Assembly (NCBI GenBank): GCA_016840405.1
Contig: JAEOSK010000001.1
Location: forward strand, 94,820 to 158,819
Source: Candidatus Hermodarchaeum yapensis
GTDB taxonomy: Archaea > Asgardarchaeota > Hermodarchaeia > Hermodarchaeales > Hermodarchaeaceae
Direction of reading: 5' to 3'
DNA length: 64,000 bases
Shown: positions 38,575 to 48,399 of the stretch, in pieces
Position numbering within the stretch: position 1 is the first letter of the stretch
How the letters are laid out: each line of letters starts with the position of its first letter
Notes under the pieces: model-generated
What the model saw: the letters and a program-made list of their open reading frames with translations, nothing else
Told to the model about the DNA's origin: nothing
Databases searched by the model: none
Position numbers and translations under genes: made by a program

Positions 38575-39360
38575 TTATACGTAGAATGGAAGGGGACGGT
38601 AGCCGTGTTCTTGTGAGGCTTGTTCTTGGGTGCGTGCTTCTTTTGCCAAATCGTTTAGTTGGGCTTGAATTATTGATCGATTATTGATTAATGGTTGGAT
38701 GCTCACATCCACATCAAGGAACCGATTAACAGTTGAAAGCATGCTAGCTGCGGCTTCTGGGTCAGGATTTTCAGCTGTTGCTGTGACTAGCAAACAATAT
38801 CCATCTAGATGCCGGATTAGGCATTCATTTAGAATCGCTCCTGCAATGCCTGCAACCAGTCCCTTTTGCAAACGAGGAACAGCATACTTTTCCAACTCAA
38901 CTAATAGGTGGGGTTCAGCAGCTCCAAAGACTTCAGGAGTCTCTGTCCTCTTTTGGACCGCGACACCCTCCAAGCAGACGACCTTCTTGACTCCCTTCGC
39001 GGTTGCCCAATCTAGGACTCGGGTGGCAACAAAGAAAATGGTCTCCATTGGAAGCGGGACTTCAGAAATTACAGCTAGTAATTCCCCCTCCTTGCTAGCG
39101 TGGATTCGAATAGGGAGTCGTAATACACCGCCAAAAAACGGAGTGACTGGAGGTATTAGAGGTGAGCGAATTGCCGCAATCAATTTCATATCAAGGCTTT
39201 CAATCATGCGCCCAGCAGCAATCATTCCAACGAGACCCGGTCCTGGGAATCCAATTACAAGAGTTGGTTGTTTCGCTAGTTCGACCTTTTCACCAGTTGG
39301 AACAATCTGAATAAAGGGCTCATCAGTTGAGGTTTCTTTTTTAGGCTGTGATTTTGTCAT
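38575..39360 (-). CDS. PAC2-family proteasome assembly chaperone
   Basis: GFPGPGLVGMIA, PIRIH, ISE, GIAGAIL, PDPEAA. Confidence 0.88.
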   Translation of the reverse strand: MTKSQPKKETSTDEPFIQIVPTGEKVELAKQPTLVIGFPGPGLVGMIAAGRMIESLDMKLIAAIRSPLIPPVTPFFGGVLRLPIRIHASKEGELLAVISEVPLPMETIFFVATRVLDWATAKGVKKVVCLEGVAVQKRTETPEVFGAAEPHLLVELEKYAVPRLQKGLVAGIAGAILNECLIRHLDGYCLLVTATAENPDPEAAASMLSTVNRFLDVDVSIQPLINNRSIIQAQLNDLAKEARTQEQASQEHGYRPLPFYV

Positions 39361-39427
39361 ATTTTTCTACTCCTTTTTCAGTCTCAAATGAACTTTATTT
39401 TTTCTCTCAATTCCGTTTGTTCAGCTT

Positions 39428-39700
39428 TCACCCTCGTTGTTCTTGGAGCCAAGCTTGAATATTGGGATGTTGATATCCACAATTTGGGCAAGTGCTTTTC
39501 ATTACTCGAACATTGGTGATATTCACACGGGTCAGCAAATTGAAGCATTTTGGGCAAGTAAAGTGTTTTTCCCCACATTTTTCACATTGGCGCATTGCTC
39601 CTTCGGCTGTCCATGGGATGGATCGACGCATCCATTCATCGGTTACTCGACGGAAATTTGTTCCGCCACATTTCTGACATTTCATCTCATCGGTTGCCAT
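39428..39700 (-). CDS. Small double zinc-finger protein
   Basis: Four CxxC pairs in 90 aa. Confidence 0.7.
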   Translation of the reverse strand: MATDEMKCQKCGGTNFRRVTDEWMRRSIPWTAEGAMRQCEKCGEKHFTCPKCFNLLTRVNITNVRVMKSTCPNCGYQHPNIQAWLQEQRG

Positions 39701-39796
39701 CTACACTCCACCACTTGCTCGTTAAATTTTCCTTCTCTGATAGAGAATAAAAGAGTCGCCCTTGTCCTTATATCACTGAAGTGGTGTTGCAGATTA

Positions 39797-42136
39797 CTAA
39801 GAAGATTGAACTTCATTTGCTCGGACAGATGGTTGGCGGATACTCGACGGAGCCGTGTAAGAGCCGTTCCAAAGAGATCCTCCAATTTGTCGATGCCGGC
39901 GTCGTAACTCCTCTCTTTTGCCCGCATTCCAACCAGATACATTTTGATAGTAACCAGTAATCCGACTAAACCAGTCAATATCGGTTTCTCCACACCGTGG
40001 ACAGGATTCTAGCAGTCCACCTGCAGTGTGACGGCAGCGTTTACACACTGATAAATCACGAGTATAACTATAGTATCCGAGTTGAGTGTTCAACGCAATT
40101 CGTCGATTCAACTTGTCTAAGGCTTCAGCATCAGGGGCTTCCTCTCCCAGAAAAATGTGAAAAATATTCCCGCCGGTTAGCAATGGAAATGCTTTTTCTT
40201 CAATGGCAATTTTTTGAGCTAATGAAATTCGAGAGTCGTATCCAACCATGAAGCCGTTTGTGTAATATGCTGGAACCGCGGTACGACCACTAGTTTCGAG
40301 TAGGTGTTGCCAATTAGTAGTATCTCCCTTGACAACCTTAATTGCTTCACCATTGTAATGAAGCAGATCTAAAATCGCCAGTCGTGTTGAACACGATTCA
40401 GCAGGTGTTCGTGCCACAGCAAGAGGGAGGCCTGTTTCATTAGCGTATTCTGCTCGAATACGTTCCATTTCAGCCAGGACTCGAAGTCCGAATCGAACTG
40501 AGTCTTGGCTCTCATGTAACTGGTTGTTAGTATGGTATTGAACCATCTCATTAATGCCAACGAATCCAAACACCGGTGACATGTTCATAACATCAAAGAG
40601 TGGCGGAGCTTCATTGCCATTCCATCGTGGCTGTTGCATCAAGAACGGTAACATTCCGTTTTTCATTTGGCGCTCCATAAATCGTCGCTTGATCAACAAC
40701 ACTTGTTTTGCCAGCAACATTTGACTCCGTAATTGCTCGAATAATAAGTTGTCATCACCGTTAGCCAAATAGGCTAGCCGCGGAAGATTGATTGTAACAA
40801 CTTGAAGACCACCCATAGCAAAATGGGCCCCGTCTTCAAACATCACCTTCCGCATTAACTCCTCATCATCTATATCCTCAGTTAATCTGAAAGCGCAACA
40901 TTGGTAACAGTCCACGCCATCTTCACCACGCCAAGGAGGTATGACATTATCAAAGTAGCTGCTACCAAATTTTGCAGCGAGTTGAGAAGCAAGAAACATG
41001 ACCTCATCGTATTCGCTTTTAGTAAGATATTCACGACGAAGACGAATTTCGGGCTTGGGGAAGGTAAACATTTTGCCCCAAGCGTCACCCTCAAGATAAA
41101 TTTCTAAAAGGGCTTTCATGAAGGTTCGTGCTTCGTCCTCATAGTCTCCGTAGGTATCAGGACCAACTTTGCCTCGATAGACAACTGGGGCATCTCTCCA
41201 GATTTTCGGAATTCCTGCCTCAAGTTGAATACTAGAAAAGACTAGCTGTCCTCCTCTGGAGACATATGTTTCGTTTGCTTCGAAGAGGAGTGTTTGAGCA
41301 AGCTGTTCAATCTCTCGAGCAGTTTTTCCGCGGAGGTATGGCGCCAGGAATACATTAAAATTGAAGAGTCCTTGGCCACCGGCGCTGTTTGTTTGCCCGG
41401 CTGCAAGAACTTTGATGAGGTGCAAGATAGCCACCGTGGGGTAACTCGCTGGTTTCGCAACTGCTGTCCTTTCACCAAGCCCATCACACATCAACCCATA
41501 TTTGAAGAAATATCGTGCATCGTAGTCAGCACAGAATGGACGGGTACCAAAGTATTCGAGGTCATGTATATGTATATCCCCTACCAGGTGAGCATCGGCA
41601 ATTTCAGGTGGAAGCGTCAAGAGATAGGCTTCTTTGCAGAGTCGATCAGCAACTTTCTTGTGTATTGTTTCGGGATTTGGTTGCATATTGGCATTTTCTT
41701 GTGCTTCGTATCCATTTCCACCGATGATGTGACTAAAGTCCCACATGGGAACGCCAACGCGTGTTAAGGCGTTGCGGTAGACTGCAAATCGGGGATCTTG
41801 TTTTGCCTTTTCGAGGAGGACCTGATTCTGAATTTCTCGGATAAGAGGTGCGCTCACAAAAGGGAGTTGCATTTGTTGAATGCGTTTCTCGACTTCTTCG
41901 GCTACAGCCCTGGCTTCGGCTTGATTGATTGAAGGGATGTTGAAGTTTTCCTGGACCAACATGGTTTCCCGAACGAGTGCGTCGACAATTCGCTGGCGAT
42001 TCCAACTTCGGATTAACGCATCGCTGGTCCGCACCATGGGCATTCCGGCTGCTTCCTTTCGCACTGCCTGAATCCATCGATCTAGTGGTACGGTTTTTCG
42101 TCTCCGGTCTTTGGGTCTCCTCCTATGCCGTGCCAT
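39797..42136 (-). CDS. nrdD: Class III anaerobic ribonucleoside-triphosphate reductase
   Basis: ATP-cone-like N-terminus, GDIHIHDL, RPFC, FTFPKP, YQCC finger loop, TPAES, YYTN, two CxxC pairs, RITGY glycyl-radical motif. Confidence 0.95.
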   Translation of the reverse strand: MARHRRRPKDRRRKTVPLDRWIQAVRKEAAGMPMVRTSDALIRSWNRQRIVDALVRETMLVQENFNIPSINQAEARAVAEEVEKRIQQMQLPFVSAPLIREIQNQVLLEKAKQDPRFAVYRNALTRVGVPMWDFSHIIGGNGYEAQENANMQPNPETIHKKVADRLCKEAYLLTLPPEIADAHLVGDIHIHDLEYFGTRPFCADYDARYFFKYGLMCDGLGERTAVAKPASYPTVAILHLIKVLAAGQTNSAGGQGLFNFNVFLAPYLRGKTAREIEQLAQTLLFEANETYVSRGGQLVFSSIQLEAGIPKIWRDAPVVYRGKVGPDTYGDYEDEARTFMKALLEIYLEGDAWGKMFTFPKPEIRLRREYLTKSEYDEVMFLASQLAAKFGSSYFDNVIPPWRGEDGVDCYQCCAFRLTEDIDDEELMRKVMFEDGAHFAMGGLQVVTINLPRLAYLANGDDNLLFEQLRSQMLLAKQVLLIKRRFMERQMKNGMLPFLMQQPRWNGNEAPPLFDVMNMSPVFGFVGINEMVQYHTNNQLHESQDSVRFGLRVLAEMERIRAEYANETGLPLAVARTPAESCSTRLAILDLLHYNGEAIKVVKGDTTNWQHLLETSGRTAVPAYYTNGFMVGYDSRISLAQKIAIEEKAFPLLTGGNIFHIFLGEEAPDAEALDKLNRRIALNTQLGYYSYTRDLSVCKRCRHTAGGLLESCPRCGETDIDWFSRITGYYQNVSGWNAGKREELRRRHRQIGGSLWNGSYTAPSSIRQPSVRANEVQSS

Positions 42137-42389
42137 GACTGTTACTCCTCAGAAATGTTGTTAGCGTATCCTCGTTGAGAAGATTATTGGCAAAGAGGTC
42201 AGTATGATAAAGAACATTATTGCCAATGACCAGAGCAGGGGTGCTGTAAATGTTAAGCATGAGTGCGTCTACTTGGGCCTCAGGTTCCTCTACCATACGT
42301 ACTGCATGCTTAATCTTGTTGTCTTGGAGATATTGTTTCAATACCTCACACCGAGGGCAATTGTTGCTCGAAAAGACAACACAAACCAA
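42123..42389 (-). CDS. nrdH: Glutaredoxin/NrdH-like redoxin
   Basis: CPRC motif and STPAL cis-Pro loop; overlaps the nrdD start. Confidence 0.8.
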   Translation of the reverse strand: MVCVVFSSNNCPRCEVLKQYLQDNKIKHAVRMVEEPEAQVDALMLNIYSTPALVIGNNVLYHTDLFANNLLNEDTLTTFLRSNSHGTA

Positions 42390-42682
42390 GAAGTACCCGC
42401 CTCCTATCCTATTTCACGTCATTCCATAAAAATCCTATTTTAAGTCGGCACCGAATTATTCACCCTTTCTTCTTCACAGTTAATCTTTGATTTCAGGAAT
42501 TCCATTCATCGAAGGATTCTGAACGCCATCTCGCTGCACTCAAGTTTATTTTCAGAGCATCTTTCGTTGAAGAGTTAAAAAACTCAACACCTCTTGGGCA
42601 CTAGTGACATTCGAGTAATGAATTGAACATCGCACTCAAAGAATGTGTAGAAGTATTGCGCGCGCAAAATCAGAGTGTGCCT

Positions 42683-42768
42683 AGCCGCTCACTCGCTCTA
42701 GGTAACTATGATAGTTCATCCCGCAAGTGCGGTCACACAAATGCCTTCCTGTCATCGCGTGAGCGACC
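42683..42768 (-). ncRNA. Dual-guide C/D box sRNA predicted to target LSU rRNA helix 69 and the segment just downstream
   Basis: 10-bp terminal stem; boxes C GCGAUGA, D' GUGA, C' GGGAUGA, D UAGA; guides complementary to conserved rRNA CAAAUGCCUU and GGUAACUAUGA; TATA-like TTTATTT ~25 nt upstream. Confidence 0.82.
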
Positions 42769-42842
42769 AATGGATTTTCAGCTTATCGATGCAAATAAAC
42801 CTGCCGATGCACAGTGGTCTTGATATTAAGACGTGTGCTATC

Positions 42843-43724
42843 ATGACCAAAGAAACACTAACTGATTACACTCAACAATTGAAAACGTTGCTTACAGATG
42901 CCATCAGCTCATCGCTGAAATCTCAAGATAATTTTGGAGTGCTCTTTTCTGGAGGATTGGATAGCAGTATACTCGCGGCACTCCTAGCATCCCTTTACTC
43001 TGAGCCCTTCCCTCTTTTTGTCACGGGTATAACCGCTGCAAAAGATATTCCTCAAGCCCGACTATCAGCCTCTCATCTTAATCTTCCTCTCACAATACGA
43101 ATTTTCACACACGATGATGTGAAAGAAAAACTTCGCCAGATTCTCTCAATCTGTGGAGTAGTTGATCTCCTGCACGCAGAACTAGCGATTTCTTTTTTCT
43201 TTGCCACAGAGTGTGCGAGCCAGAATAATGTAACAACTGTTTTTAGCGGTCAAGGAGCCGACGAACTCTTTGGAGGTTATGCGAGACATGAAAGGCATTT
43301 CATCGAATCGGGAAGCGAGAAGGCATCAGTCGAAATGCGTTCCGATCTTAAGAAGCTTCAAGAAGTAACATTCCCTTGTCTACAAGCCGTCGTCAATCAT
43401 TTTGGATTAAAACTAACCACACCCTATTCAGATACATCTCTTATCGAGTATTCTCGTAATTTGCCTTTTTCGTGTAAATTGAACCTGTCTTCCGGTGAAG
43501 TTGTCAGAAAACAATTGCTACGTCAGTTGGCGCAAGAACTGGGGTTGCCTTCTCAAGTAGTGAATGCTCCGAAGCGTGCGGTCCAATATGGTTCGGGAGT
43601 CCACCGTATCCTAACTGATTTGGCCACTGAATACTGGTCTGAAAAAGAACCTACATTATCTGCTCGGAAAGCAAGGAGTCATACACGCATTAATCAATTC
43701 TTAGCTCGAATAAACGATGAATAA
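42843..43724 (+). CDS. Asparagine synthase C-terminal domain protein
   Basis: FSGGLDSS, SGQGADELFGGY, RKQLLR, PKRAVQYGSG; start moved to ATG 42843. Confidence 0.85.
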   Translation: MTKETLTDYTQQLKTLLTDAISSSLKSQDNFGVLFSGGLDSSILAALLASLYSEPFPLFVTGITAAKDIPQARLSASHLNLPLTIRIFTHDDVKEKLRQILSICGVVDLLHAELAISFFFATECASQNNVTTVFSGQGADELFGGYARHERHFIESGSEKASVEMRSDLKKLQEVTFPCLQAVVNHFGLKLTTPYSDTSLIEYSRNLPFSCKLNLSSGEVVRKQLLRQLAQELGLPSQVVNAPKRAVQYGSGVHRILTDLATEYWSEKEPTLSARKARSHTRINQFLARINDE

Positions 43725-43761
43725 TTACGAAGATACCTATGAGCCATTTGTTCTTAGAAGC

Positions 43762-44160
43762 TCATCTGAGTAAGCGTTGTACTCGTTTAGCTACAGAGTC
43801 GATGATCAAAGATATTACTCCCAAAGGAGTACTCTTGTCACTAATTATGGCTAGCACATTTGCGGTTCCAACACGACGAATAAATAAATGTCCCTTTCGA
43901 CACCGCATCATCAAATCCATATGCTTTCCTATTCCTAATTGTATAGCCGTTTGCTCAGACAGAGAACCCAGCGAAGCAATCGCGGCTGCAAGCTGAAGTT
44001 TCTCGACTTCTTCCTTTCCCATTAACACGACAAGGGGTAATCCATCCGCTGTCATTACAGCCGCACTAAAAATTGAAGGCTGGCTACTCACAACATTCTC
44101 CAAATAGTCCTCCACTTTAGACAACGCGGATACATTGGTAGGCGACTGCATACATCTCAC
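43762..44160 (-). CDS. Roadblock/LC7 (MglB-like) domain protein
   Basis: SAAVMTADGLPL, LAAAIASL, GHLFIRRVG, LAII, LGVI. Confidence 0.9.
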   Translation of the reverse strand: MRCMQSPTNVSALSKVEDYLENVVSSQPSIFSAAVMTADGLPLVVLMGKEEVEKLQLAAAIASLGSLSEQTAIQLGIGKHMDLMMRCRKGHLFIRRVGTANVLAIISDKSTPLGVISLIIDSVAKRVQRLLR

Positions 44161-44267
44161 CTGCCAAAAGAAGACTTTTTAGTGTTTCCAGAGCTAACTC
44201 AAACAACCATTCTTCTATCTAGAATAAAAACAGTATTAACTGTTCAGGATTGTCGATTTGCCAATAC

Positions 44268-45565
44268 TTTTATTAAAAAATTGGGAGATGATCCCGTCCT
44301 TCAAGGTGGGGAGGGAACGCGGAGTTCAAATACCCTATTGCCAACTTTAGAGATATGCTCAGAACCTTCCGGTATCGCCTCTACCCCAATCAAACGCAAC
44401 GTGCGCGAATCCGGAAGAACATCGACGCCTGTCGGTTCGTCTACAACTGGGCTCTGGAAATTACAAAGACTGCCTATGAGAAAGATGGGTCCAACCTGCG
44501 TTGGTTCGACTTGAACAACCGCCTTATCGAACTGAAGCAAGGCTACCCCTTTCTCAAAGATGCTTACTCCCAATCCCTACAACAAGCGGTTAAGCGGCTC
44601 AACCTAGCTTTCCAATATTTCATGCGCCACGTCTCGCAGGGTAAGGAACAGCCGGGCTATCCGAAGTTCAAGCGACGCAAGGCGCACCGACAGTCCTTTG
44701 ATGTTCCCCAGTTTTTCACCATCGACATTAACACTCAGCGCGTTTAGCTTCCAAAGATTGGAGCGGTTAAGGCAGTCTTCCATCGGCGGTTCTCTGGTAC
44801 ACCAAGAATGTGTACGGTTGTTTCGACCCTTACGGGTAAATTCTTCATCTCGATTGTAGTCGACGATGGAAATCCTCCTCCCCCTAAACCACAGGCGACG
44901 AACCAGACGTCGATCGGGATTGATGTGGGTCTGACGACCTATGTTACCATGTCCACCGGTGAAAAGGTAGAAAATCCTCGCCATCTACAAAACACACTGA
45001 AGCGTCTCCAGTGCCTGCATCGAAGGTTGAGCAAAAAAGTAAAGAGGAGTCGAAACCGGGAAAAAGCGAGACTGCGACTGGCCCGCTGTTACGAACGGGT
45101 TACCAATCAACGAGCTGATTTTCAGCAGAAGCTTTCGACGCGGTTGATTCGCGAGAACCAAGCGATTATAGTCGAGAGCCTTAACGTCAAGGGCTTGATG
45201 CGTAACCAGCGTCTGTCCAGGGCGATTGCCGATGTAGCTTGGTCGCGGTTTCTGGCGATGTTACGGTATAAGACCGAGTGGTATGGGGTAACGTTGATTG
45301 AGGTAGGGCAATTTGCACCCACGTCGAAGCGCTGTCATGCCTGTGGGTACCTCAATGAAGGGCTCACGTTATCGGACAGGGAGTGGACCTGTCCCTCCTG
45401 TCTTTTACCACTGGATCGGGATGTCAACGCCGCAAGAAATATTAAGATGATAGGACTTGGGTCCATCATTACACCGAGGGAACCTCGGGAAGAGCCTGTG
45501 GAGCTGTCAGCACTGGCTGAAGCGTCGAAGCAGGAAACTCCAACCATCAGGGCGGAGTAGTTCAC
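44268..45565 (+). mobile_element. IS200/IS605 (IS1341-like, tnpB-only) element, copy A
   Basis: Left hairpin CCCGTCCTTCAAGGTGGGG, tnpB, right end ending TTCAC at 45565; closely similar to copy B. Confidence 0.9.
44355..45560 (+). pseudogene. tnpB: TnpB with premature TAG at 44745-44747
   Basis: MLRTFRYRLYP N-terminus; GIDVGL, VESL, DRDVNAA intact; the TAG aligns with TGG in copy B. Confidence 0.92.
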
Positions 45566-45607
45566 TAACCACTCTTAATTGTCCTTGATCATCCTCAAGG
45601 CTCGGTG

Positions 45608-46144
45608 ATGACGGTGTCTGAAAAAGCATCCAAAACGAAAACGAAGACCACATCAAAAAAAGATGCTAGCAAGCCAAAGTCCAAATCTACCAGTAAACCA
45701 AAAGCAAAGGCAAAGGCGAAAACCACGAAAAAGCCTACGACGAAGAAGGCTCCGAAAAAGCCTACGACGAAGAAGGCTCCTAAAAAGACCACGCCGAAGA
45801 AACCTAAGAAAAGGCGCAAAACCAAAACCACCGTTGAGGCAAAACCAAAAAGAACACGTCCACGAAGGTTGCCATTGGAAACTCCAGTCAAAGGCGTTTT
45901 AATGAACTATCAACGAGGATCCGTTCGACAAAGAAACCAATACGGTTTGATCCAGCTTCAAGGTGTTTCTTCAATTTCTACAGCGGCCTCCTATATCGGT
46001 CGATCAGTCATACTCCATTTCAATGAACGAACCCAAAACCAAGGTCAAATCGTTTCAGTACATGGTAAGAAGGGCGTGCTCAGAGTGCGATTTCGCCGAA
46101 GGCTAGCCCCAGAAGCTTTGGCAAAAGAGGTTGTTGTCTTCTAA
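45608..46144 (+). CDS. rpl35ae: 50S ribosomal protein L35Ae (eL33) with long Lys/Thr/Pro-rich N-terminal extension
   Basis: KGVLMNYQRG, AASYIGR, GQIVSVHGKKGVLRVRF. Confidence 0.88.
   Translation: MTVSEKASKTKTKTTSKKDASKPKSKSTSKPKAKAKAKTTKKPTTKKAPKKPTTKKAPKKTTPKKPKKRRKTKTTVEAKPKRTRPRRLPLETPVKGVLMNYQRGSVRQRNQYGLIQLQGVSSISTAASYIGRSVILHFNERTQNQGQIVSVHGKKGVLRVRFRRRLAPEALAKEVVVF
45728..45781 (+). repeat. 27-bp tandem repeat x2 encoding KKPTTKKAP
   Basis: AAAAAGCCTACGACGAAGAAGGCTCC(G/T) occurs twice in tandem. Confidence 0.9.
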
Positions 46145-46222
46145 ATCAGGGAAGATCCCACCAAAACCCCTCTTTCTAACAATTATCTCATTATACAAGG
46201 CCAATTCAAGCTAGAATACTAC

Positions 46223-47514
46223 TTTTTGTTTTAAACTGCGAGAAGACCCCGTCCTTCAAGATGGGGAGAAATCGCGGACTTCAAATACCATAGTAAAGAA
46301 CCTATAGACATGCTCAGAACCTTCCGGTATCGCCTCTACCCCAATCAAGCACAACGTACGCGAATCCGGAAGAATATCGACGCCTGTCGGTTCGTCTACA
46401 ACTGAGCTTTGGAAATCACAAAGACTACCTTGGAGACAGATGGATTCAAACTAAGTTGGTTCGACCTGAACAACCGCCTTATCAAACTGAAACAGAATCA
46501 TCCCTTTCTCAAAGAGGCCTACTCCCAATCACTTCAACAGGCTGCTAAGCGGCTCCACCTGGCCTTCCAACATTTCTTTCAGTACCTCTCGCAGGGCAAG
46601 GAACAGCCAGGTTATCCGAAGTTTAAGTGACGTAAGGCACATCGGCAGTCATTTGACGTACCCCAGTTTTTTACTATCGATTTTGTCGCTCAACGCGTAT
46701 GGCTTCCTAAGATTGGTGCGGTTAAGGCAGTCTTCCATCGGCGGTTCTTTGGTTCGCCAAGAATGTGTACGGTTGTTTCAACCCTCATGGGTAAATTCTT
46801 CATCTCGATTGTAGTCGAGGATGGAAATTCTCCTCCACCGAAGGTTACGGACCAGAAGTCGGTGGGAATCGATGTGGGTCTGGCGACCTATATCACCTTG
46901 TCCACCGGTGAGAAAGTGGAGAACCCTCGACATCTCCAAAATGCACTGAAGCGCCTTCGATGTCTACATCGAAGGCTGAGTAAAAAAGAACGAGGTAGTC
47001 GGAATCGGGAAAAAGCACGGCAGCGACTAGCCAGCTGCTATGAACGGATCGGTAACCAACGGGCTGTTTTTCAGCATAAGCTCTCGATGAGATTGATTCG
47101 CGAGAACCAAGCGATCATGGTCGAGAGTCTTAACATCGGTGGCTTGATTCGTAACCGGCGTCTAGCTCAATTGATCGCCGATGCAGCCTGGTCTCAGTTT
47201 TTAGCGATGCTACGGTATAAAGCCAAGTGGTATGGAGTAACATTGATTGAAATAGGGCGGTTTGCACCTATGTCGAAGCGTTGTCATGGCTGTGGGCACC
47301 TCAATGAGAGACTCACCATGTCAGATCGAACTTGGACTTGTCCAGCCTGTCTTTTACCACTGGATCGGGATGTCAATGCCGCAATAAACATTAAGATGAT
47401 GGGACTTGGGTCCATCATTACACCGAGGGAACCTCGGGCAGGGCCTGTGGAGCTGTCAGCACTGGCTGAAGCGTCGAAGCAGGAAACTTCGCCAATCAGA
47501 GCGGAGTAGTTCAC
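46223..47514 (+). mobile_element. IS200/IS605 (IS1341-like, tnpB-only) element, copy B
   Basis: Same left hairpin and TTCAC right end as copy A; direct orientation. Confidence 0.9.
46310..47509 (+). pseudogene. tnpB: TnpB with premature TGA at 46403-46405 and 46628-46630
   Basis: Single frame throughout; the stops align with TGG and CGA in copy A; RuvC motifs intact. Confidence 0.92.
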
Positions 47515-47585
47515 CTTACTTTAGCTGTAATTTTATTGAAATACTGACAGTAATAAGCCAGTACTGCTCAGTGGTTATCAAATGA

Positions 47586-47978
47586 GTGATGTCGTGGGTG
47601 CGTGATGTGATCAAGAATGAGAACAAGGTAAAACGCAAGGTTCAGCTAAAACGTGTGAACATAAAACCGCGAGAAGTAAAAGTACCAAAGGAGATATTGG
47701 AAAAGGTTGAGGAACTGGTGGCACAAAAGCAAGAACCTGACCTATCGGCTGATCAACAAGCCATTCTTTTTATTTGTGGGCGTGGACACCAATCGTTTGT
47801 TAGTATTCTCCAAGGTGTTAACAGCACACGGATTCCAATCGGAAAACCTCCGCTCGATGAAAAGACTGTGCGTTCTCTACTTCAAGAGTTGGAAAAAGAA
47901 GGTTATCTCACAAAAGCTGAAATCCAAGACCAACCCACATGGACAGCAACTGAAAAAGCTAGAGCTTTAGAAACTTAG
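47586..47978 (+). CDS. Hypothetical protein with C-terminal winged helix
   Basis: LDEKTVRSLLQELEKEGYL...WTATEKA wHTH pattern. Confidence 0.6.
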   Translation: MMSWVRDVIKNENKVKRKVQLKRVNIKPREVKVPKEILEKVEELVAQKQEPDLSADQQAILFICGRGHQSFVSILQGVNSTRIPIGKPPLDEKTVRSLLQELEKEGYLTKAEIQDQPTWTATEKARALET

Positions 47979-48053
47979 GCGGGTAGTCCGCTTTTGAAAC
48001 GGTCAATCCGGTTAGCTTCTAATGAAAAGCTAAAACGCGGAAAATCTTTTTTT

Positions 48054-48302
48054 TTAAAATTCTGCCGCAATTCGTTCGCCGTGTTCAGTCAAGAAATAGA
48101 AGGAATGATATACTCCTCGACGTTGCTCGACGAGCCCAGCGGAAAGCAGCCGTTTAAGATGATAGGCCGCTGTACTGGGGGGAATATCTAATGCCCGTGC
48201 AATATCGCGCAGGAATGTTCGTTGCCCATTAAGGGTTTGTAAAATTTGACGACGCGTACGATGACGCAACACTTTCTCAGTTAAAGGTGTCATACTTCTC
48301 AA
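48054..48302 (-). CDS. ArsR-like winged-helix transcriptional regulator
   Basis: TRRQILQTL, DIARALDIPPSTAAYHLKRLLSAGLV, YFLTEHG. Confidence 0.8.
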   Translation of the reverse strand: MRSMTPLTEKVLRHRTRRQILQTLNGQRTFLRDIARALDIPPSTAAYHLKRLLSAGLVEQRRGVYHSFYFLTEHGERIAAEF

Positions 48303-48399
48303 CCGTCCAGTATTACTAGCAACTCGGGTAGCAATTTAATCTATCCCCTTAAATATATACTTTGCGGCACAAATACGTACATGAATTAATTAACAATAA

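Noticed and set aside
38684-39310. 208-aa plus-strand ORF and similar shadow ORFs elsewhere
   Set aside because: Antisense to well-supported genes (here PAC2) with no recognisable motifs.
42686-42769. tRNA-like look on the plus strand (7-bp stem ending ...GAGCG-A-CCA)
   Set aside because: No TTCRA T-loop, D-loop GG or anticodon arm; G-U pairs, boxes and rRNA-complementary guides all favour a minus-strand C/D sRNA.
42708-42842. N-terminal extension of the asparagine synthase-like ORF
   Set aside because: No family similarity, and it overlaps the antisense C/D sRNA and its promoter; ATG 42843 is preferred.
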